Source: Botryllus schlosseri (lineage: Eukaryota). From it: a stretch of 64,000 nt of DNA. This document shows positions 13,080 to 23,921 of the stretch, in pieces. The position numbers were made by a program, and so were the translations under genes. Every line of letters begins with the position of its first letter. The first letter of the stretch is position 1. The notes beneath the pieces were generated by a model that was given only the letters and a program-made list of their open reading frames with translations, made no database searches and was not told where the DNA came from. The stretch covers positions 11,162,001 through 11,226,000 of the forward strand of contig CM119372.1 in NCBI GenBank assembly GCA_051294905.1, in the 5' to 3' direction.

Positions 13080-14751
13080 TAGGGCTGGGCACAATGATTA
13101 GAATCTGAATCGAGTATTAATTTTAATAAGTCGAGTAGTAAATACGATTTTTCCGAGTACCCTACTGAAATTATACGCTTCTCGTCACTGAACGTTACTT
13201 TGTCAACAAGGACTATAGTTTCGATAGTATTTTCCACTGTAGAAGCCCTGAAATGATTTGTCCTGTCCCAGCATGCGAAACACATATAGTGCAAGGCTAC
13301 GAACGTTGCTGGAAAGAACACATTTCCGAAGTACTGATCATCCTACAACATTGTCACTAAGTTCAATGAAATCGGTATAGTTGAAAAATTACCAAAGTAT
13401 TTTAAAAGTGATGGATAACAGACATTATATTCTTGCGGCTGGCATTAGAGGTACATATTGGAACTTTGACATATTACGTTCTGTTAGCACGTCATAATGA
13501 GCCAGAGTGGAATTGGTGGCAACGTCACGCAAAATTTTATGTTTAATTACTCAATTATTCTATGCAGAAAAGCTCTCATCACTAGGGCCATTTAAAGTCA
13601 TTAAAGTCATATTTTTTTCTATGCATCAGTAAGTCGTGAAATCAATTTTAACGCGAAAACCAGGTCCCTATGGGGTATATTAAGAAAGTTATAAAGTCAT
13701 ATAAAGTCATATTTTCCTGGTTAGGTCATATTTGAGTTATAAAGTCATATTGATGTATACTTTAAATAAAAAGTGCGAATTTAAGCGGTGAAGCAATTAA
13801 GCACTAAGAAAGTAAGGCAATTTCTGATTGAACGAAGGCAAGCTGTAAGGTTACCCTACATAACACTATACAGTCACAGACCTATGAGGTCACACATTGC
13901 ATTATGAGGTCACACATTGCATTGTGTTGCTACACAATATGTTTTACTTCTGTGCACTGAAGTATGACGTCATTTGAAGTTCAGTCAATGGGTAGACAGA
14001 AGGCTCTAACTCGGTCTACTTATATACAAATACATTTGGATTTGAATAAAATAGTATTTACGGTGGGCACCACTATAATAAATAATTGAAGAATTGGTCA
14101 CCGAAATATGCCTCCCACTACAATAATATTTCAAACTTGATACGGAAAATGGAGAGGCTAATGCTGATCTAAATGCCCTTGATTTCAGAAAAGATCCGCT
14201 TGAGCTCAAATATTACATTAAGAAGCGATTGGACAAAAACGATGTGAAACAAATTATGGAGCTACAAAGGCAAGACATTTCACCAGCGCTGAATGCAAAA
14301 CTGCAGAAGTGTCACTGTCAACCCACATCGTCGTCTGTGGAGCGCTCATTTTCCTTACTAAAGTCATTTTTACGTCCAAATTGTCACTTTAAAGACTCCA
14401 ATATTCCACACTACATGAAACTGTACTACAACAGTGGTTTAAAATAAAAATGGATGCGTATTACTGTTGTGTTGTGTATGTTTTACTCGTCAGTTCCATG
14501 AGTGACGTTGGTTACATGTAAAAATACACTATTTTCACATAAAGTCATATAAAGTCATATTTTCCATAAAATAAAGTCATATAATTGATTTTTTACGGTC
14601 ATATAAAAATGGCCCTACTCATCACACAGGATTTATTTCAAAAAATGAACCACTCATTATTAATGAGTGATAACTGATACTCGACTCGAAGCAAAATACG
14701 TGATTCATAATCAAATCACTCAGGTAGGCTACTCCATTTTACACAGCCCTA
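13080..14751. mobile_element. hAT MITE (family F) with a nested hAT deletion derivative
   Basis: Ends TAGGGCTGGGC / ACACAGCCCTA; TSD GTTGTAAC/GTGATAAC; homologous to 33486-35293. Confidence 0.75.
13583..14617 (+). mobile_element. Internally deleted hAT transposon with a transposase C-terminal remnant
   Basis: TIR TAGGGCCATTT; perfect TSD CTCATCAC; AAAGTCAT subterminal repeats; ORF 14229-14447 has the hAT dimerisation-type motif PTSSSVERSFS. Confidence 0.85.
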
Positions 14752-15001
14752 GTGATAACGGTATCTAGTCTACAATTTGCAGTATAGCTAAAACCACTAT
14801 ATAAGTACAATGTTAAAATACATCTCTAGTGCAACAATTTCAAGTTGATATTATTGGGTCACAGGTCACGGCAGATTGACAACAAAGAAAACCAAGCAAC
14901 TCACCAGTTGGCTATAATGGCTAAGTAGGTTACTGGCACTGGGGATTACAGACAGTTCTATATCTTCCTATGAAAGAATGGGCCTCTGCAGAAGAGACAG
15001 T

Positions 15002-15120
15002 GGTTGCCAGTGAACCCGTCCCTCGGTGAACCCGTCCCGTGAACCCGTCCCTCGGTGAACCCGTCCCTCGGTGAACCCGGCCCTCGATGAACTCGGCCCT
15101 CGGTGAATTCCGCCCTCGGG
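15002..15120. repeat. Tandem array of ~16-bp GTGAACCCGTCCCTCG units, probably a foldback MITE end
   Basis: About seven units decaying from left to right. Confidence 0.75.
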
Positions 15121-15469
15121 AAATTTTGAAATTAAGTGTATTAACAAGTATTAATATGAATTATTAAACTAATAATGTTATTATCAACTGATTTGTCGAT
15201 CTTGTAAGGAGGTCAGGGCATGCGTAGATCACGCAGTCACGGAGTGATCAGATCACGTGATCACGATTGCGTGGTCGGCTCATTGTTGAATTGACTTGGC
15301 GAGGGGCGAACGTGCGACGTTCGACATCCTCGTTTCTGTTCATGACATCGCATTGGGTCTTATCGCATTGTATATTGTGTGTGACTTGTTCAGATGAAAA
15401 ATATATCCCAACGATTGTTATTGCTCACATATCAACCACGCGTGGTCTGCTCGTTATTGCAACTGTAGG

Positions 15470-15808
15470 TTGAGGTGGGGTGTTAGGGTTGGCCGGTTGG
15501 GTAGGGTAGGGGGAGACATTAGGGTTCGAGGAGTGGGACATTGGGTTCGGGTAGGATACTAGGGTTGGGGGAGGGGGGATATTAGGGTTGGTGGAGGTGG
15601 GACATTAGGGTTAGGATGTTAGGGTTGCCGGAGGTGGGATATTAGGGTTAGGATATTAGGGTTGCCGGAGGTGGGATATTACGGTTGGGGGAGGGGGGAT
15701 ATTAGGGTTGGGGGAGGGGGGATATTAAGGTTGGGGTAGGATATTAGGGTTGCCGGAGGTGGGATATATTAGGGTTGGTGGAGGTGGGATATTAGGGTTA
15801 GGGTTACA
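15470..15808. repeat. G-rich minisatellite (GGGATATTAGGGTT-type units)
   Basis: Repeated TTAGGGTT cores separated by G-runs. Confidence 0.85.
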
Positions 15809-16089
15809 TATCAACTTGGCCTTTTTGCCTGATATATCAGGTGAGCAGCGATGATTTTCCAAGTTATAGTAATTTAATAAAAATAATTCAAAAATAAAAC
15901 ATAGTGTGAGCAGTGAGCACAGGACACCGATTCCATACAGGTCAACTATCACTACCGTATACCATTGAATTAAATTTTCTTGCTATTCATCATTGTTATG
16001 GCATAGTAATAACGTAATAAACACCGGAACATGCGAGTAAAATATTCAGCCATGTAGTACTGGTAGCCGGCGGTACCTACTGTAATAGA

Positions 16090-16258
16090 AAACAAATCGG
16101 TTGTCCGCGATGGAAGGAGACCGAAGAGTGCCGACTATTGTCACTAATCTAGAGCCAAGTGGCCGATCGAGGTAACACGTAAACAAATCGGTTGTCCGCG
16201 ATGGAAAGAGACCGAAGAGTGCCGACTATTCTCACTATTCTAGAGCCAAGCGGCCGAT
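16090..16258. repeat. 91-bp tandem duplication; second unit interrupted by a LINE
   Basis: Units start at 16090 and 16181; the missing tail CGAGGTAACACGTAAA resumes at 17338. Confidence 0.85.
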
Positions 16259-17337
16259 ACTACGAACCATATATTTTTCTCTTTTCCACTCTCACCTGCA
16301 ATATGGAATCGTAGTATGGGGAAGTGGCAAGTGCATGCAAAACATTTCTGTGCAGAATTCGAACCCTGCAAAACCGTGCGATACGGCTGATCTCATCTGT
16401 ACCTTTACGTACCAAACTATCGCCTTACTACCGTAAGCACCGAATTTTGCAAGTTGACGACCTATATCGCTTCGAAGTATCAAAAGTCATTCACAAATAT
16501 TTTTCCAATAGTTTGCCTCCTGTGTTTGATGACTTTTTCATGCCTGCTAAAAATGTCCACTCCCATTACACGAGATCCTCGTCTAAAGGAAATATCTACT
16601 TACCCCCACCCAATAGCAACTTAACTAAGAGGTCCATCGACTACTCGGGACCCTCGGGACCAGAGATGGCCACAGTCCGGTTCAGGAGCCGGAGCCGGAG
16701 CAGGATTTCATTGATTTTTTACCTGGCCGGACTGGATCCGGATTTTGAATTTGTAGTGATGGTCGGATTTTAGGCGGATATTTTGCTGCAATATGATTAA
16801 TTAGCATTGTTCTGGCAGGATTTTTCCGGATTCCGAACTGGACCTTCAACAGCCGGATTTTTTCGGACTCTTATTTTCCAATTGCTAGCCGGATCCGGAT
16901 AGATTCGGATCCCGAAATTTGGGAATCCGCCCATCTCTGCTCGGGACCTATCATCTGGAATGCATATTGCCACCACATATCCGTGAATTGCCCTATAATA
17001 GATTCAAAAAAGCCCTACTTGATCACCTCTTATCGTTACACTAACACTGTTGCCCTACCTCGCCCAGACATTGCTTCATTGATCATTTGCTACCATCGTT
17101 TAATTTTTCTTCTATTTTATTTTTTTAACTACTGTAACTTTTTTTACAGCCAGATTGTTTAGAGTCAAGTGTACCTGTTTGATGCTGGTGTGATCAGACT
17201 AGATGACCCTCACGGTCTTATCGATCATTCCTATCTAACACCGAATACTGTGCATGCATATTTTCTGTACCACCACCACTGCCGTGTGTTATGTATTTTG
17301 GTTTGATGAAAAATAAAGACTCTCTCTCTCTCTCTCT
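16259..17337 (+). mobile_element. 5'-truncated CR1/L2-type LINE (ORF2 C-terminus plus 3' UTR)
   Basis: LQYGIVVWG, LQNRAIRLI, HSHYTRSS, RSIDYSGP-IIWN with frameshifts; AATAAA followed by a (CT)n tail. Confidence 0.85.
16661..16939. mobile_element. hAT MITE nested in the LINE
   Basis: TIR CAGAGATGG; CCGGA repeats; perfect TSD CTCGGGAC. Confidence 0.9.
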
Positions 17338-17583
17338 CGAGGTAACACGTAAAGGTAAACAAATAACTGTAGTATAACCTGTGCTAAAGAGCAAGACCAA
17401 AATGAAATTTATATTTTCGCAAACAATACCGCGGTAGCTTTCGATTGATACACATTTTATCGAATTTAATGCTCGACAAGCCGGTCAAAAATTACCGTCA
17501 ATTTGCCTTTGATCAAATAGAAGTGTGACGTAAACCAATTTCATTGAGCCGTGAGATTTGCTTTTGTCCACGCCATATAGGAC

Positions 17584-17623
17584 TATTGAACATAACTAAC
17601 CTACCGTAGGTTAGTTATCTATA
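17584..17623. mobile_element. P-type excision footprint (two TIR stubs joined directly)
   Basis: TATTGA(AC)ATAACTAACCTAC-C-GTAGGTTAGTTATCTATA flanked by the perfect 7-bp repeat ATAGGAC. Confidence 0.7.
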
Positions 17624-19089
17624 ATAGGACACTATAGATAACTAACCTACGGATAGATGGGCAACACGTGATTCACGGTCGAGAGCCCAGATGCCGTCAG
17701 ATTTGTTGTCGCTTCATAGCATGAAGCGGCAGGTTGTTGGCCAGATTGATGTTTGGTGCAGATAGGAGGCCAGCCACTGGCGCGGCTATCATTGCATTAA
17801 TATCAGGAGGATATTTCGTGGGAAAAATAAGTCATGATATTCACTCTATTATTAATTGGTTTCAATATTGACTTCGGCTGAGATTTCCTTGAACTATTTT
17901 GGTTTGTATGATCATTAGAGCGGCCATGTTTTGACATGTCAAAATCGTAGTAGTACAAAAGTTGCCTATTTCTGAGCCAAAAACGTTTTTTGATGCTAAA
18001 CTACTTCGTTAGGACAGCTATAGTTCCTACCAGAAATGAAGATCTAAGAAGTTGGCTACAATTTTAGCATTATGTGGTCAAAAAAAACGCCCTAATAATC
18101 AGAAATAGGTTTTAGTATGTATTGCTAAATAAAGAAAATATGTTTTCATAATCCAGTCATAATTGATATGGAATAACTATATTTCGAATTACTGACTGAG
18201 GATATCATGTGTGCGTAGTGCTTGGCACAATTATTCTCGAATCTGAACATAATATGATTGCGGTGGAGGATGCATCAACGAGTCACAACTGGAGCTATTT
18301 CACTTCATCAAAGTCAGCTGTCATAAAATAATCCAGTTTTTAGGCAACATAGTCTTCTTGCTTTGCATGTTGATACTGCCTAGCCATGCAAAGATTCCTC
18401 CTATGTAAAAAAGAGGTAAACCAACACTATGGCTGAAACCTTGACGTTGGTGTGTTGGCTTTTGTCCAATATCAGCTGGCAATTCACTTCGCGATAGTGA
18501 CATATCAAACTGACACATATATCCTCAGTATTTATTATTTTCAATATTTAATATTATATTATATATATTATTCAATCGACTTTCGCTTGGGTATTGGGGA
18601 TGCATCGTAGGGCTTTGCCGATCTTTTCATTGCCTTTGATTGGGTGACATGATGGATGTCGTACGCTAGCTGTGAAATATCCGGATCTGTCCGTCTTCTC
18701 CCCATTTGTCTCTGCAATCACAATCCCAGTCAATAATCCTCCCCATTTGTCTCTGCAATCACAATCCCAGTCAATAATCTAACGCAGGGGTGGGCAAACT
18801 ACGGCCCGCGGGCCGCATGCGGCCCGCAAATCCGTTCTGTGCGACCCGCGAGAGTCTAAATAAACTTTTTATAAATATTGATACTATGCGTACTAAAAAT
18901 CGAGTTAATGCAGGGACTTGATCAACTTTTTCTTAGTGTATTTCACCTTGATAATTCTTATAGACAGTGCATCTGAAGAGGCGCGCGCAGCTGAGCTCGA
19001 CTGAAAAATGCCTCTAGCACATCTTGCGTGAACGTTCCAAGGGCCAACTTGGGCATTTCTTCGATGAGACGATCGCATAGAGTCTATGC

Positions 19090-20771
19090 CACTGGTTCCC
19101 AACTTTTTTCGACTCATCGCCCCCTTTTCAAACTCCACACCGATCATCGCCCACCAAATATTGGGAACCGAACAATGGGCATACAGACTGAAATCACTAG
19201 GCGAGTCGACTACGAAAAAAGTCAAGTTTTCGGCTCGACCTCGAAATTACCCTTTTCCAGCTAAATTATGGTCAGTTGACTAACAAAAAAGGTGATTTCT
19301 CCGACTTATGATTCCCAAAAGACCGCAACAGCACTTCGTCCCCCCTCCCCAATACGTTGGTCTTAACCCCCCCCCCCCTCCATAGGGCGATAAAGCTAGT
19401 TGGATTAATTCGCGCGAAGCGCGAAAAATTTCCATCATTCATGATTGAATCGGTCAATATGATCGGAAATTGCATATATATAGCTGTCAATTTTTTATCC
19501 TCTCTCTGCTCATGTATTCAGATTTACCGGTAAAGCTGGGTGAGGTGTTTCGGAAAATGTGGGGCCCGTAAATAATAATTGAAGATATTCGGGCGGCCTC
19601 GTCGGTATAATGACTTCGTTACGTAATGAAATTTTGTGGCCTGTCTGCAATGTAAAAAGATATTCAAATCGCACATACGTACTAAACTAAAAGACGCACA
19701 CGATTTAAAATTGGTATTTCTGCACTGGCAATCAATTTTTATCTGCGAGATGGCAGTTTGGTTGTGGGGTTCTGATTGCCAGGACAGGAACATTTAGGCG
19801 CCTATTGACAATTAAATATATATGTATATTAGGCTTACCATATTTTGGAAATCAAAAAAGAGGACACTTTTTCAGAAATTTGCAACTTGCAAAACCGGAG
19901 TAAAATTCTGAAAAACCGGGTAATTTTTCCCGATCGGTTGACTAAAAAAAAAAAGGTCATCACTTCTGCTCAGAGCTCAAAATAACGTTTTTTACTCCAC
20001 ATTGCCAGGTGGATGACTAAAAAAAAAAAAAATAAAAGGTCATCTTTCGCTCAGAGCTAAAATCACCGTTTTTCACTCCGAAATAGCCGCCGGAGCTTCA
20101 CTTCTGTGCTAATATGCGGCATATCACTCGCAATTTGCTCTAAATCTGCCTAAATTTTCAAAAAAGAGGACAAAATCTCAAAAAAGAGGACAAAAGGGCG
20201 TCCTCCGAGGACACTTTCAAAAAAGTCGAAAAAGAGGACAAATCCTCTTAAAAGAGGACGTATGGTAAGCCTAATGTATATCGTATATATATCGAAGTCG
20301 GTCAGCATAAAGGCAGTCCTTTTCCGCCAAGGTTTTCTCGTTCTGGCACACTTCTCGGAGTCGCATATGTTACATGGCCCGAAACTGCATATGTCTTGGT
20401 GCGTCATGGTGTGATAATAATGGCTGACGCCGAGATGCCCATTTCTATACCTCATGCGTATTATTACTTGGAGGAAGGGTATCCAATAAGCAAGAAACAT
20501 CTGACCACGAAATGGCGCGCAGCGCGAAATTTTTTTGAAAAAGTTGCCTAAATTTCCTAAATAATACGCTATAATTAATGTTAATTCACGAAAAAATTGT
20601 GGGCCTCCTTCAAGCCGCCCCCCCATCTCAATTGGGGTTTGGGTGTGGCAGTTACGGACATGGACGCCGATATAGCCATTTCAACGCGCCATCGCCCCCT
20701 TCGTCTGTTTTCGCCCCCTTGGCTATTTTCGCCCCCCTGGACCGACAAATCGCCCACGTTGGGAACCACTG
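19090..20771. mobile_element. hAT (Charlie/Buster-type) MITE in the left foldback arm
   Basis: TIR CASTGGTTCCCAAC; perfect TSD GTCTATGC; absent from the right arm. Confidence 0.88.
19830..20273. mobile_element. hAT MITE (family A), nested
   Basis: TIR TAGGCTTACCATA; perfect TSD ATGTATAT. Confidence 0.92.
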
Positions 20772-22746
20772 GTCTATGCCATAGACCCACCATATTCCGT
20801 GACGTGAAAATTAGGCCTTCCATTGTGGGTTTTGCCATCATTTGTTTTGGCTCACCACGACTTGCAGCATATTTCTAAAAAATTACATGATAACCCAAAA
20901 ATATCTCGAATAATAACGATATGAGGAACTGACCTTCCAACTCAATAATCGATCCGCAAATTCACTCAGCAATGTAATTCTTTCATCGTCCAGGCTGCAT
21001 ATCGGATAACTAATGCGGCATGTGACGATATTAAACCATCTGTTTTAGGTCATAAAATCAAGCCCCTTGTTATATAAGTGAAAATTCCATCCAAATTTCA
21101 TTGCGTGGCGCACCACACACCCTTTCGCGACAAACGTTCAAACCACTACAGACAATAGAGCGAATAGCTGCGGGACTCATGCACTTTGGGACCAAAAACA
21201 CATTTTCTCCGTAAGGCTGTAGTGAGTTTAGTCCGAAAGTGCACGAGCCCCGCAGGTCCGTCAATTACATGTTCCAGAATCATCATCCAAAAGTGGAAGA
21301 AAACGTTGAAAATTTTGACATTTTTCGACTTGGTCTTCGTGGTAGAGAACAGATCTACAAATTGGGATCTATCATCGTTTCTTAAAATGTCTTCGCGGCC
21401 CAAGTGGGCCGCAGCCAACCGGTTGAAAGGCACTGATCTAGACCAGAGGTGTCAAACATATTTTTTGCCTACTTTAGATCGTGGATTTAAATTAACATGG
21501 GCCAATGTAAATCCGGACTGGTAAAGTGCCAGGCTGCGCGAATCCACGTCAAACAGTCTTTGGATATCCGTCCATAATATATCTTGCCCTCTCCCATTCA
21601 TGTTCATGTATCGAGATCCCTCTGCTTTCGATGAATAGAGAGTTCCGTGTGGTCTGTTAGGAAATAAGAATATATCGGGTATGGAATTTCGGGACTGCTT
21701 TCACATGGTAGGCCTCCTAACATTTAATAAGTCAAGTAATACCCAGAATTTTCGTTGCGCTTCGCGCGCAGTAGATATGGCGTGACAAATATGTTTAAAC
21801 GAAAGTATCACTGAATATAATTTAAGATATCGGGTTACGTTCACACAGCATCACAGTAAGTATGCCCCCCCCCCCCACCATAACATTTGATACTATCGTT
21901 TCGCAATCTAGCAGTAACATGACGTGTCCAAATCCGGAAAAGTGAACCTTGACTTTTTTTCGTTAGACTTAGACCTGTTCTAGCAGACCACCGTTGAAAC
22001 TTTCTGGACAAACGACACATTATATATTACCGCTTTTTTTGTATTTTTCTTCAAATTACGGGCATTATTGTCATTGTTTCAGTTATTGTGTAAAATTTTG
22101 AAAACATACGAACTGCCATATTTTTAATCAACGTTTACTAATCACGCAAAGTGTTGAAGCCGTATCCGACACAACTTGTCACCAATGCTCATCGACTAAA
22201 CTAGGCGCCTTATAATATGGGGGAGGCGCCATGCCATGATATTCTCTAAAACGGGGTGTTCAAGTAAACAAAGAATTAGTAGCACATTCCATATCAATAC
22301 TATCATTTACATCCCATGATATGGACGACTGCCTATTCTGTCAAAAATTGACCCCGCCTGGGATGCATCAATATGAATCAAGCTCTTTACTCCTTCCTCA
22401 TAGCTTTTAGCAGTCCATGCGAACGAATTACGATAGTTTTCAAAACTACTTACTTGAGTAGCTTTAAAGTCAGTCAATTCTACTTCTACTCCAAGTAGTT
22501 TTAGGTTTCTTACGGAAGAAGTACTCATACTTGAGTAGATTTTTTCATCGCTACTTCTACTTCTACTTCTACTTGAGTAGCTTTCTTGACTACTTTGACT
22601 ACCTCTGGTAGTGCTCACCGTACTACAATAATATGATCTAAACTTATCAAGTAAAGCTGCCTTGAGGAGATGCTGAGGATCGGAGCATAGAAAAATTGGC
22701 CTTTCAGGAGCGTACGGATTTGGATCAGTAAAGAGTCCATCTAATG

Positions 22747-23921
22747 CAGCGGTTCCCAACCTTTTTGGTGCCGTGACCCTTTTATAACATTTGACAAGTT
22801 GCGGTGACCCCAAGGATAAAATTAGTTGAGTTGATCCTCCTTCACTGCACTTTTGGAGCTAACTAGTAGGGTACTAGGCTGTATATTAAATTTTACTTCT
22901 AAATAAATAAACAACACAACAAATCAACTTATCAACACAACAATTTGTTCAGTGAGAAGGCTGTGCTTGCTTCTTTTTAGCCAGATCTGAAATCCTTGGA
23001 GCAGTCTTTGCAAGAGCACAACGCAGATCATCTTCTGCATCCAGTCTGCTCCTGTATTTAGATTTGATAACCAACAAGCTTGAAAAGCCTGTTTCACAAA
23101 GGTATGTTGTTGGAAAAGGAAGAATCAGGCGCAATGCGATCTCAGACAGAACGGGATATGACTGCAAACTCTTGATCCAAAATTTGGTAACTGACTATGA
23201 AGAAAAATCAGTTTTTGCTGCATCACTGGTAATGAGTTCAATGAACTCCTCTTGTGCATTCTCAGGAACATCTCATAGACTGGGCCTGTCATATTGAATC
23301 TAAAACATCATTCTAAAGAACTAAGAATAGCAGCCTCGGAAATTCGGTCAGCTGTTCATGACCAATCATTATTATGAAGCTGCAAGGGCTTCCACTGACG
23401 TGTGGGATCGAGCGCATCAACACCTGAACCAATCCGGCATTTTAACGGTAATTTTGTAAGTACGTGCAAAAACGATACTCACATTCGACATCGGAGTACT
23501 CAGACTCAGTCTCAATATCACTTGGCAAATCCGTTACAATGGAAACCTCGGCCAGACTAGAATAAAAACTGCGAGAACACAAACAGCCGCTGTGACCGGT
23601 GTTGATAATATGTGTCATTCACTTGCTGTCACAATGCACATTCTGCCTTTTCTGTAAACATGCCAATATTGGAACTTTCAGTCAAAATTACGGCAATTTC
23701 CGATTGAGTTGAAACACGGAAAGTCGGTAATTTCGTCATGAAAAAAAATTCTGAACATGATTCCGCAAAGTTGTCATGAAGATGCAGTTGACCTTTAAGA
23801 GTTAACTTTCTAAATTTCTAAACTAATGAAATTCTAAACTTTTCAGAAGGCCTCAGGTGACCCCAGGCAAATTGTCAGGCGACCCCAGTTGGGGTCGCGA
23901 CCCACAGGTTGGGAACCGCTG
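22747..23921 (-). mobile_element. Buster/Charlie-type hAT deletion derivative inserted in a P transposase exon
   Basis: TIR CAGCGGTTCCCAACCT; perfect TSD ATCTAATG; ORF 22949-23167 LPFPTTYLCETGFS...KYRSRLD...QAQPSH is a Buster-type C-terminus. Confidence 0.92.

Noticed and set aside
15470..15808. Telomere or interstitial telomeric array; functional link to ENDOG's G-tract preference
   Set aside because: TTAGGG occurs mostly as single cores within a longer unit, not as a tandem hexamer array. Nothing in the sequence supports a link to ENDOG.
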